Shown here: positions 1 to 9,800 of the stretch, one piece after another
Position numbering within the stretch: the stretch's first letter is position 1
How the letters are laid out: each line of letters opens with the position of its first letter
Assembly: GCA_963668625.2 (NCBI GenBank)
Contig: CAXXKA010000008.1
Span: 992,001-1,056,000, forward strand
Length of the DNA stretch: 64,000 nucleotides
Direction of reading: 5' to 3'
Origin: an uncultured candidate division Zixibacteria bacterium
Lineage (GTDB): Bacteria > Zixibacteria > MSB-5A5 > UBA10806 > 4484-95
Position numbers and translations under genes: made by a program
Notes under the pieces: model-generated
The model's database searches: none
Told to the model about the DNA's origin: nothing
The model's input: the letters and a program-made list of their open reading frames with translations, nothing else

Positions 1-43
1 TTGTAATTAGCGCCGAGAATATATTCTCGGCATTTTTCCGTGA

Positions 44-74
44 GGCCGTTCCCGATAAAACATCGGGAACGGCC
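44..74. terminator. GC-rich hairpin, probable terminator downstream of the minus-strand 161..2452 gene
   Basis: GGCCGTTCCCGAT-AAAAC-ATCGGGAACGGCC perfect stem; a second hairpin GCCGAGAAT-AT-ATTCTCGGC lies at about 12-31. Confidence 0.55.
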
Positions 75-160
75 ATTTGTTTTCCTGATTACCTGAGTTA
101 TTGTTAAAAGTAACGTGGTTATTTAAAACGTTTATCTAAATTCTTATTTAATGAGCGTTA

Positions 161-2452
161 CTACTTTAAAAATACCATCCTGTTGCTGAATGAGCCTTCG
201 GAAGTATTCAACCGGCAGAAATATATACCCGATGATACGATAGTTCCCGATTCATTAGTGCCATCCCAGATTAAACTATGTGAACCGGCATATAACGCTC
301 CGCTATGCAATGACTTTATCAGCCGACCACCCACATCAAATATCGATACGGAAACATCATCAGCTTTTTCCAGGGAAAATCGAATCGAGGTGGTAGCGTT
401 AAATGGATTGGGGTAATTTTGAATTAACTCATACGATAAGGGCAACTCTGTTGGCTGATCATCGATTCCAGATATTACATCGGATTCCAGACAAAATGCC
501 AGACAAGTAGGCACCGAAGCCCATTGGCTACGATCACGATCATATTGAGCTCCAGCGCCGCTAAGACCGGAAGTCTCCCAGGCGAACATACATCCGTCGG
601 CCTCATGACTACTTTGAATCATCACCCAGCCATCGTCGATATATAATGTCTCCGGTAAATCAACCATAAACTTAATCTGCCGAGCATTTCCCATTCCCGG
701 GAAAGCGTAATTTGTCTCCTCCCAGTTGGCTAAAACATCATATACTGCAATAGTATCCAAAGGTATATACGGTGAACTATTGCTATAATTACAGAAAACA
801 ATTTGGAAAGGAGCGGGGTTTTCAGGTTGGCAAATTTCTTCACCAGTAGCACTAAAATAAATTCCCCACCAATTCACCCGGGTAATTCCGTCATCAGTTC
901 CCGCAAATTTGTCGGCTACAGCATACTGAGAATTTAAATCTGAATATAAGCAATCAGAGGAAAAATTAAAAAAGTAAGCAGGCGGTTGACTAAAAATGCT
1001 GCTATCGTTACAAACCTGCCTCGTAGCTGCCTTAACATTAATTACGTACTCACCTTCATATGAGTCCATTACGAAAAATGGATAGTAGTAAGTACCGGGT
1101 GGTAAACCTTGCCACCAGAGGAGCGTAGCAGAATTAGTAGGGCATTCCCACATCACAGATTCAGCTATAGAAAATACCCAAGCACTACTTGAATGAGGGC
1201 AATTGTCCGCAAGGACATACGACAAATAATATCCACTGTTAGCCATGGCCACAGTTCCACAGAAATCCACACTGACATCAAGAGTATCCTCAAGTGTAAA
1301 TTTAATCCAGACTTCAGGTACAGGTTCGACCATCTCACACCCTATAGTTGCTCCGGTATTATCACCGGTAAGCTCGATAGCCAGTCCGGCAGTAAGAATA
1401 CCACCGTCAAGTGCGCCGGCGCAATCATCGTTAACTGGCCGTTCCGGCGCAGGTGCGATTGAAAGATATGTGGATGATGTATCGCGTTCATGATTATAAC
1501 TTACTTCTAACAGGTATTGCTCTCCGGCGATTGCATCGAAATAAAGATGGAAAATTTTCCCTAACGTCATAGTTCGATTTAATATCGTAGTGCTTGTCGG
1601 ATAAATAGTTAAATAGTAATTGGCGTTATTATTACTATTATCTGAAGCAACTATGTAATATGTTTCACCCCCGGTTACAGGAAAACTATAGATAGTTGGT
1701 CCCTCCCCATAAGTATCATCATAGTAGTTATTCCAGTAGCTGCAAGCCAATTCGTTAGCATCTTCATTCATTATCACGATTCCCATATCGTTATCGGGGC
1801 TCGTAAGTATGATATCGATTTCCCCATCGGTTTCAGCGGTATAAGAATATACGGCATCCGGACCAGACTGATCCCAAGAGTACATACATGAGCATTCCTC
1901 ACTGTAATCACGGTGCAAACCTTCCATGTCGCTATAATATGAAACCGGCAATGGATCGGTTATCGGCGTAGCTGACTCGATGTCTTCACCTCCATCGAGT
2001 AAAACAGAGGCAGGTATTTCAACGTATTCGGGACAGGTGGAACCATCATAAACGGCAATATTGGGGGCAATAACTAACTGATTCTCGGGATCATCAATAT
2101 CAATTCGCATTCTACCGGTAGTGCTGGCAGTATATAAAAACCATATATTTCTAAATACTGACAAATTGCCGCCATCAACTGTAGCCTCGTTTGCATTAAT
2201 TAATAGATCCTGAACGTCGCCAATCTCTATCGCATTGGAACAATCGTCATTAGTGGGAACGTCAAGTATAATGCCATCATCCTTCAAATGACGTATCCCG
2301 GGGGTTGGTTCGGCTATCTTTGCGTTATCCGCATTTTTAAGCCCAACCGCATCGGCTAATATCGGCTTAGTTATACTATATTCCTCAGTAGCAAAGACTG
2401 CAACTGCCAGGACCGTAACCAACGCCAATGAAATTAATAGTGCTTTTCTCAT
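161..2452 (-). CDS. Secreted multidomain protein with PPC-like/Cys-containing domains and C-terminal FlgD-Ig/T9SS-type sorting domain
   Basis: Sec signal MRKALLISLALVTVLAVAVFA; repeated NDDC..A modules; C-terminus QNYPNPFNATTSIRFSL...WDGTNESG...SGIYF...MVFLK. Confidence 0.8.
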   Translation of the reverse strand: MRKALLISLALVTVLAVAVFATEEYSITKPILADAVGLKNADNAKIAEPTPGIRHLKDDGIILDVPTNDDCSNAIEIGDVQDLLINANEATVDGGNLSVFRNIWFLYTASTTGRMRIDIDDPENQLVIAPNIAVYDGSTCPEYVEIPASVLLDGGEDIESATPITDPLPVSYYSDMEGLHRDYSEECSCMYSWDQSGPDAVYSYTAETDGEIDIILTSPDNDMGIVIMNEDANELACSYWNNYYDDTYGEGPTIYSFPVTGGETYYIVASDNSNNNANYYLTIYPTSTTILNRTMTLGKIFHLYFDAIAGEQYLLEVSYNHERDTSSTYLSIAPAPERPVNDDCAGALDGGILTAGLAIELTGDNTGATIGCEMVEPVPEVWIKFTLEDTLDVSVDFCGTVAMANSGYYLSYVLADNCPHSSSAWVFSIAESVMWECPTNSATLLWWQGLPPGTYYYPFFVMDSYEGEYVINVKAATRQVCNDSSIFSQPPAYFFNFSSDCLYSDLNSQYAVADKFAGTDDGITRVNWWGIYFSATGEEICQPENPAPFQIVFCNYSNSSPYIPLDTIAVYDVLANWEETNYAFPGMGNARQIKFMVDLPETLYIDDGWVMIQSSHEADGCMFAWETSGLSGAGAQYDRDRSQWASVPTCLAFCLESDVISGIDDQPTELPLSYELIQNYPNPFNATTSIRFSLEKADDVSVSIFDVGGRLIKSLHSGALYAGSHSLIWDGTNESGTIVSSGIYFCRLNTSEGSFSNRMVFLK

Positions 2453-2536
2453 ATAAATCTCCTGTAACTCTTTCGTAACATTTATGTTACTTGTTTTATT
2501 AGCGACTACTTCTCTTTTTCTTTATTTTCCACCCCC

Positions 2537-3442
2537 CTAACAAAAATCATCCATAAAGTACTTTTTGTTTTTAACAAAAAAGTGGTCTTTTGCTTGTTTC
2601 CAGATCGAGTCGAATAAAAGTACGAAGCCTTTTGCCATAGCTTTATGTTCAGTTGCAAGCATTGTCAGCGATGTTTTCTCCTTGATGGAGTCCTCCAGGG
2701 CAACAAAGCATGTCTTTCTATCAAATAGAAAAAGTTTAATAGGAAGTTCATCAATAATTTTTATCTCTTCTTCATCACCGGATTTCAATGTAGCTGATTT
2801 TTCAAAATATTCTAAAATTTTGTCTTCTGGCGGCATTTCAAGAATTATTTTTCTTACAATCCCCCTTTTAGCGCCTTCATTCTGTACATCAATCTGTTCC
2901 CTGAATCGTGATTCAGTGTCACATGTATATGGAGGTTTCATGAAAGCCAGCACCTCATTTTGCGTTCTGGAATATAAATCAATATATTTGTTATGAATTA
3001 ATTCCGGGCTGTTCAATATTTCGATTCGATTAATTGGATCACGATTATTACGGTTATGTTGGTACAATCCATTAAGGTCACCGATTATTGAATTCATGTT
3101 GTTTTGAAGACTTTCCTTAAGAAGCAACTTTTGCTTTCTTTTCTTTTCCAAATCTTCAAGCTCAAGCTCGGTAGTTTTAATGGCAGGTAAGAAAGTTTTT
3201 TCCTTAAGTGTCCTCGGATCCGCAGCCTTGTATCGCTTAATTCTCCCCGGAATACCTATAGCTAAGCCTTTCTCGCTTAACTGTTCCAGAGCGTCATAAG
3301 CGCTAGTTCGCGGAATGCCCCCGATTTTTGCAATCTCTCCAACCGCAAGAGATTCTCTTTGAAATAATGCCTGATAGCATTTTGCTTCATAATCGGGAAA
3401 ACCCAATTGCTTTAAAATTTCTACATAATTTACGTTTTTCAT
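2537..3442 (-). CDS. TrmB-family transcriptional regulator
   Basis: N-terminal wHTH LGFPDYEAKCYQAL...GIPRTSAYDALEQLSEKGL; C-terminal PLD-like effector-binding domain (LPIKLFLFDRK...FDSIW). Confidence 0.9.
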   Translation of the reverse strand: MKNVNYVEILKQLGFPDYEAKCYQALFQRESLAVGEIAKIGGIPRTSAYDALEQLSEKGLAIGIPGRIKRYKAADPRTLKEKTFLPAIKTTELELEDLEKKRKQKLLLKESLQNNMNSIIGDLNGLYQHNRNNRDPINRIEILNSPELIHNKYIDLYSRTQNEVLAFMKPPYTCDTESRFREQIDVQNEGAKRGIVRKIILEMPPEDKILEYFEKSATLKSGDEEEIKIIDELPIKLFLFDRKTCFVALEDSIKEKTSLTMLATEHKAMAKGFVLLFDSIWKQAKDHFFVKNKKYFMDDFC

Positions 3443-3456
3443 TTAATCACCTGCGT

Positions 3457-3519
3457 TGTGTAGTGACTGAATTTATTACGGCTACGACATCAATATAGTG
3501 TCTTCTTTGTTTTTGTCAA
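3457..3519 (-). promoter_or_regulatory. Sigma70-type promoter plus downstream imperfect inverted repeat (putative TrmB operator)
   Basis: Minus strand reads TTGACA-N16-TATATT, then TGTCGTAG...CTACACA (33 bp, TGT...ACA). Confidence 0.55.
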
Positions 3520-3617
3520 GCAATTACTTCTAACTGATTATTTATTATTATGTTATGGCGAAACTCAGGAATAGCTTTTAGAAATTTACATCAGGGTAAA
3601 GATGGCGGTTGCTAGAA

Positions 3618-3785
3618 GTAAACTACCACCGGCCACAGGGCCGGTGGCTTTTATCCTGCCGGCTTAAGAGGGCTATCACCGGTTCCTAACCTCTCAAGAT
3701 TCCGTGGCTGGCAGACGTCCTCGTCAGCCGCATTCACCTAACTCAAATCTACTGCTAAGGGGCACACGCGGACGTGTGCTGCCCA
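3618..3785 (-). mobile_element. Orphan IS200/IS605-type (TnpB-class) right end / omega-RNA-like remnant
   Basis: Minus strand ends AAGCCACCGGCC-CTGT-GGCCGGTGGTAGTTTAC, the subterminal hairpin plus GTAGTTxAC layout of IS605/IS1341 right ends; upstream hairpin GCACACG-TCCG-CGTGTGC; no tnpA/tnpB ORF nearby. Confidence 0.5.
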
Positions 3786-3823
3786 CAAAAAGTCTATAGT
3801 TGTTTTCTAACTTAGGAGTATCC

Positions 3824-4033
3824 ATGAAAGTCAAGGTCTTGAAGCTTGGAGAATCGGCAAAGTAAGTTGAGGTGCAACAAGGAGCTACGGTTGAGCATGT
3901 CATCCAGGCTGCGGGTTTCAGCTGCGAGTATACGACATTAAACATAATAGGTCTTTACATATTTGATAGATTGCAGGTGCAGGATGGTGATGTTATCACC
4001 ATGGATCCACAGATCAAAGGCAGCGACCAATGA
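3824..4033 (+). pseudogene. ThiS/MoaD/ubiquitin-like beta-grasp protein with in-frame TAA at codon 14
   Basis: RBS AGGAG; MKVKVLKLGESAK*VEVQQGATVEHVIQAAGF...VQDGDVITMDPQIKGSDQ; 70 codons; not in the ORF track. Confidence 0.65.
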
Positions 4034-4084
4034 TCTGGCAGCAGTGACCTAAATAATTTTCGGGAAAACTCCAATTAATAATAC

Positions 4085-4151
4085 TTGACAAAAACTCATA
4101 ATAACTTATATTAGTACTGTCGTATACAGAAAAATATAATATATACGACAG
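4085..4151 (+). promoter_or_regulatory. Sigma70-type promoter plus perfect inverted repeat (putative TrmB operator)
   Basis: TTGACA(4085)-N16-TATATT(4107), then CTGTCGTATA(4117-4126)-N15-TATACGACAG(4142-4151). Confidence 0.65.
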
Positions 4152-4192
4152 AAAAGAGACTTCAGGACCAGTGAATTAAGAGAAGGTTTAAT

Positions 4193-5080
4193 ATGGAAAA
4201 CGGCTACAGTGTCAACGTTTTAACTGGGTTTGGCTTAACTAACTACGAAGCCAAAATATACCTGGCTTTGCTTGAGAAGAATTATCTTTCAGCAACGGAA
4301 ATAGCTCGCCTGACAAAAGTACCTCGTACTTGTGTTTACGATGATTTAAAGACTCTTGAGCAAAAGGGACTTTGCAAATCTATTACCGGTAAAACAAAAT
4401 TGTATTCGGCTGTGGCGCCCTCACTAGCCAAGGATGTCCTTTATCAGACGGAGCAGCAAAAAGTCGAATCAAAAATCAATGAGTATAATGATAGAATAAA
4501 AAGTGAGCAGGATGATTTAGTAGATAGACATAAAGAGTTCGAGAAATTAGTTACTAAACTATCTCCAGTATTCGAACAAAGTAAAAAGGGTAGTAATCCT
4601 CTTAACTATCTTGAAATAATCGTGTCACCTATAGCTATTTATAAAAAATATATAGATCTTATCTCTAATTCAAAGAAAGAGATATTAACTTTTGATAAAC
4701 CCCCGTATTCCTCGATTACGAAGTATGAAATAAGGGAATCTCTCAAAGTACTAGAGGATGCTATCGATAGGGGCGTAGAAGCAAAAAGTATCTGGGAACT
4801 ACCCGAGGAGCAGGACGAAAGAACCGCTAAATTACAATACTTCTTTAATAGATTCAATCCCCAAAAAGATAAAATCAAATTCATTGATGAACTTCCAGCT
4901 AAAGTTACAGTAGTCGATTCTAAAATAACATTGTTCTCTCTTGCCGAACCATCTGTCGGTGTACAATCGCTGATTACTCTTGCTGCTGAGAGTGAAACTT
5001 TAGCCAGAGGTTTTAAAAAATTGTTCGAATTGTACTGGAGTAATGCTGAAGATCCGGAGAAATATAAGGAAATCAGGTAA
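4193..5080 (+). CDS. TrmB-family transcriptional regulator
   Basis: FGLTNYEAKIYLALL...VPRTCVYDDLKTLEQKGL wHTH; coiled coil; C-terminal LPAKVTVVD...FELYW. Confidence 0.9.
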   Translation: MENGYSVNVLTGFGLTNYEAKIYLALLEKNYLSATEIARLTKVPRTCVYDDLKTLEQKGLCKSITGKTKLYSAVAPSLAKDVLYQTEQQKVESKINEYNDRIKSEQDDLVDRHKEFEKLVTKLSPVFEQSKKGSNPLNYLEIIVSPIAIYKKYIDLISNSKKEILTFDKPPYSSITKYEIRESLKVLEDAIDRGVEAKSIWELPEEQDERTAKLQYFFNRFNPQKDKIKFIDELPAKVTVVDSKITLFSLAEPSVGVQSLITLAAESETLARGFKKLFELYWSNAEDPEKYKEIR

Positions 5081-5219
5081 TACGGATTCGAAGTACTTCA
5101 CGCAAGATAGGTAAAAAATTGCATAGTCAAAACTAAAGAGCTGATTTTGGAGGTGAGGTAATTACTGGATAAAAAATATGAGTATTGTTAAAGGAAAAAA
5201 ACTTCTGGGAGCATTTAAG

Positions 5220-6542
5220 ATGAATAAACGACTTTCTTGGATAACCTCTTTGGTAATAGTCTTGATGCTGATGGCTGTTACTCAGGCAGGCACCTATACA
5301 TCCGAATTAAATTCCTATCTTGAAGGACAACAGCTTGATGATATGATTGATGTTATAATTTCTATGGAAGATAAATCAGTCGAATCTCAGGTTGGTATTA
5401 CGGATAGATTAGAGGAACTCGTAAATCAGGGGCAAATAGCTGAATATCGAAGCATGTTGATGGGGCGCATGATAACTGCGACCGCTACAAGAACAGCGCT
5501 GGATGAGTTAGTTACCAGGTCGGATGTGAAGCTTATATCCCCTCGTAAAAAACTCGATTCTAATAACGATGAATTTCCTATTCCGAATGATACCGAAGAC
5601 GGCCTTAATGTCATACTCCTCCGCGTATATGCCGGTACTGAGACCGCTCTAGCGGACTATTTAGTATCATCAGGATTGGTAGCCTCAGTTACGGTATATG
5701 AACTGATGACCGGTACTCCAACACTCAGCGAACTTCAAACCTACGATATGATTTTCTTCTGGGGAATGGGTGATGTATATGATATAAGCACTTTGGATCC
5801 GATTTTGATCGAGTGCGCTAACCTGGGTATGCCTATAATAACCTTTGGTTATATGCATTTCTTTTTTGGCTTGTGGACTGAAGGTTCATATATGACGACA
5901 GTCTGCCCTGTCTTGCCTCCTGCAGGAATGAACGTCCTCACCGGAGTTCTTGGTGATTATGACGAAACCAGCCCGATAATGGAAGGTATTGGCGAAATTA
6001 GCGATAGTTACGGCACCATTATGGAAGTTCCTGCTGTAGAGAACGCCGTGGTTCATGCCTCCTGGGATAACGGTTATCCGCTAGTGGCGACAAGGCCGGA
6101 TTACCCGAGTGTAGCTGCTATCAATACTTTTCCGTGTGATGAGATGACCTCAGGTGGCGGTCTTAGCGGGGACATATTCAGGCTTGTTCTTAATACAGCC
6201 GTTTACCTGGTCGAAGGCAGCGGTAATGATGACTATGAGTATCTTCCCGGTGATGCCAATATGTCTGCCGGTAGCTGGCCCCCGACGGTAATCGGCTCGG
6301 ATGTTACTTACCTTGTGAACTATTTCCGCGGAATATCCACACCATGCATGTTATCAGGATTCTATGCCTCCGGAGATGTCAACGCTGACTGCGTTGTGAT
6401 TGGAAGTGATGTTACTTATCTTGTACGGTATTTTCGAGGAGCAGCGACATTATCGTACTGCGCCGACTATGAACCGGCCTGGCAAGCACCGGAGGATTTC
6501 CCTTCGGAAGCCCCCGACGGTTGGCCGAACTGTGAAGAATGA
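5220..6542 (+). CDS. Secreted protein: I9-like propeptide, non-protease middle domain, dockerin-like C-terminal domain
   Basis: Start moved to ATG 5220 (GGAG RBS, signal MNKRLSWITSLVIVLMLMAVTQA); N-terminus aligns with the propeptide of the next gene; C-terminal twin GDAN/GDVN...DVTYLV.YFRG repeats. Confidence 0.75.
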   Translation: MNKRLSWITSLVIVLMLMAVTQAGTYTSELNSYLEGQQLDDMIDVIISMEDKSVESQVGITDRLEELVNQGQIAEYRSMLMGRMITATATRTALDELVTRSDVKLISPRKKLDSNNDEFPIPNDTEDGLNVILLRVYAGTETALADYLVSSGLVASVTVYELMTGTPTLSELQTYDMIFFWGMGDVYDISTLDPILIECANLGMPIITFGYMHFFFGLWTEGSYMTTVCPVLPPAGMNVLTGVLGDYDETSPIMEGIGEISDSYGTIMEVPAVENAVVHASWDNGYPLVATRPDYPSVAAINTFPCDEMTSGGGLSGDIFRLVLNTAVYLVEGSGNDDYEYLPGDANMSAGSWPPTVIGSDVTYLVNYFRGISTPCMLSGFYASGDVNADCVVIGSDVTYLVRYFRGAATLSYCADYEPAWQAPEDFPSEAPDGWPNCEE

Positions 6543-6831
6543 AAATTAAATAAATACGTTGTTTGAAGTGTATATCGGGAGGCGGCTGAGGCGGTCGCCT
6601 TCCGAGACAGCCGAATAATCAGGTCTATGTATGATAGTGATGAGAAGGAAAAGAATAATGTCAATTGATAGACAGGCATTCGATCTCAATTTGATGAAGA
6701 CGACTACAATAATGAGGGTGGTATTAGAATTTTAAATATATCCGAATGATATGAGTTTAACGGTAACAGGGCATTGATATTTACTAAAAGGGATAAATAG
6801 TAGTTATCAATAAAACATCTAAGGAGTAGCG

Positions 6832-9800
6832 ATGAGGATAGGATTAATTTGTTGGACAGCGCTTGCGTTGGTTGTATTTGCTTTTACGACCGGTATTGAA
6901 GCAGGCACATTTAGCTCCGATTTCAACCAATTTGCGGCCGACAATCAATCGAAAGATGTGATTAGCGCCGTAATCACCATGTCTGATCGTGTTGATCTTG
7001 AAGCGTTAAAAGCCGAGCTGTATGCTCAAAAAGCTGACCGTCGGGAGTGGCATGAGACCGTGGTGAGAGCCCTGCAGGATAAAGCTACTGTGGCTCAAGC
7101 CGATTTCATAGCCAGTCTGGATGAGATGGTTAAACAGGGGAAGGTCGAGAATTACAGGAGTTTCTGGCTTGGCAATTTAATTGTCGTAACCGCTGCCTCG
7201 GATGTATTCGACGAGTTAGTTCTGCGAGCTGATGTGGATCAGATTGCTCCGAATTATAAAGTCGAGTCGATTAAGGATTTCGAAAATACGGATATGCCTC
7301 TTACTACCTCGGGGGTGGAAAGCGGCCTCAGCGCGATACGAGCCGATGAGGTCTGGGCAATGGGATATACCGGCGAAGGACGCCTGGTAAGCCATCTTGA
7401 TACCGGTGTACAAGGTACGCATGAAGCTTTAGCCAACAACTGGCGTGGCCTCGATTCGCGTTATAGCGAAAATCCCGGGTGGGCATGGTTCGATCCTATT
7501 TCTAATTCTGATTATCCGTTCGATGGAGCGGGGCATGGTACGCATACCATGGGAACGATATGCGGAATGGGCGAAAGCGGTGGCGATACGATAGGCGTGG
7601 CGTTCGGCGCCGAGTGGATTACTGCTGGTGTAATCGATAGATTATCCGGTAATCAGGAAATAGTGTTTATGATCGCCGCGTTGGAATGGGTCGTCGACCC
7701 CGATGGTGATCCCTCAACCGAGTGGGATGTCCCTGATGTTTGTTCCAACTCATGGGGAGTATATACCGGTGACGGCAGTGATTACTCTCCGTGTGACGCT
7801 ACTTTCTGGGAGGTTATTGATTGTGCTGAAGCCGCCGGCATCGTAGTCATATTCGCAGCGGGTAATGAAGGCGCGAGCGGGCCTGAAACTATAAGGGCAC
7901 CTGCCGATAGGGCGACGACGGGATTGAATTGTTTTTCTATTGGAGCAGTCAACGGCGCTGAAAGAAATTTCCCGATCGCATCATTTTCCTCTCTCGGGCC
8001 ATCTCATTGTACGCCTGACGGCCGAGAAGCCATCAAACCGGAAATCGTAGCCCCCGGTGTCGGAGTCAGAAGCGCTTATTCTGGAACCGGTGGTTACGCG
8101 AGCATGAATGGCACCTCTATGGCCTGCCCTCATGTCGCCGGTGTTATTGCTCTTATGCGTCAGGCCAATCCCAATCTGACTCCAGATCAGGTGAAACAGA
8201 TCCTAATCGAAACAGCCATTGATCTTGGATCTGGTGGTGAAGATAACCAGTATGGTCATGGCATTGTCGACGCTTACGAGGCGGTGCAACTGGCGTTGGC
8301 ATATAGAGATGATTTCGGGGTTTTGACAGGTACGATAACCGATTTCGCTACCGGTGATCCCATCTCGAACGCTAAGCTTAGCACCCTGAGCGGGTCATGG
8401 TCCACCACCTCAAATGCGCTTGGCGTATATAAATTATATTTACCCGCGAACGTTTCTCATATCATAAGTATAAGTAATTCTCCTTCTCACTTGCCGTTAT
8501 TCGATACGTTAACTGTTGTCGCCAACGAGACGACATATGTTGACTATGTATTAAATAGCAAGGTTCCCGTAATTTTCACTGTTTCATTTTCTAATGGAGA
8601 TGATATTTCTTACAGAGATTTTTATATAAGGGGAAGCTGGGATAATGAAGGTTTATACGATGTTTCCTGGTCGGGAGATTTATTAGCCGCCAGTGATGAC
8701 GGTGAGTTTCCTGATGAGGCGGCAGGCGATGGTTTATTTACCGCCGAGGTTCTGTTGCCGGTCGATCAGGTTAATACGTACAGTTGGAATGTTTATACCG
8801 AAGACTACGGTTTGAACTCCATAGATGACGCGTATCTCGCGAGTGGAGTTGATTTCGATGTTACCGATTACGAAGCCGTTTCGGTTCCCACTCTTAATCC
8901 CAATCCAACAGGTTCTGACAATAATTTCAGATTCGCTATAGTGGGGAATAATGGTTTAGAATTCGATCTTGAACCGGGATTTGGTGAAGAAGCAAATAAA
9001 TGGGGCGTAACGACCTCTCTTTCCGCGAATGTCACCTACGATTTTACTTTCAATGTTATGAACGGCAATCAGCCCGTATACGGCGCGGGCGGCGTTGGTG
9101 GTTCGGAGGTTTCATATACGGCCGTTATTGATACCGTATATGAAATCATTTTCAATGACGATAACGATACTCATATCATACAACCCACTAACTCGGAAGG
9201 GCCGCCGCAATATCTTGGTACGACAAACGGCCAAGATGGACACATACCGGTTTCCTGGCTGAATCCTGAAAATATTTCATCAGCCGAGATATCTTATGAT
9301 GATGGTGTTGTTAATGACGCGTATTATTTCAATTCGTCTAATGATCTGGCAGCCGTCATGTTTTTGCCTGCAAGTTATCCTGTAGTTATAGATTCTGTTT
9401 TTGCCCATATCATTACTCAGGGAGATGAATACTGGCCCTGGCCTGATGGTACTAATGATCCAATGGGTTTATACATTTTCGTTATAGGCGGCCATTGCGA
9501 CGATGGCTACCCGGCGCCCGCTGATGAACCGATTTACTACCAGGAGGTAACAGCCGAGCCCGGCGTAGGATTAAGAGTAGATATCCCTGATATAGCTATA
9601 ACCAGCGGTGTGTTCTGGGTGGCGTTGAGTAACCTCGATGTCGGTGGATACGATGCTTTAGCGCTTGATGCGGTAACGGATTACCCGCCCATGCAATGGT
9701 ACCGCCGGTTTGGCGAATGGCATAGGGGAGGTCTGTTTTACGGCGATCAAATGATACGTACTAAAGTTTTATGCAATGATGTATCAACCTGGCTTGCCTA

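Noticed and set aside
3863-3865. Recoded stop (Sec/Pyl) in the ubiquitin-like gene
   Set aside because: The codon is TAA, not TGA or TAG, and the C-terminal GG is also lost, so decay is more likely
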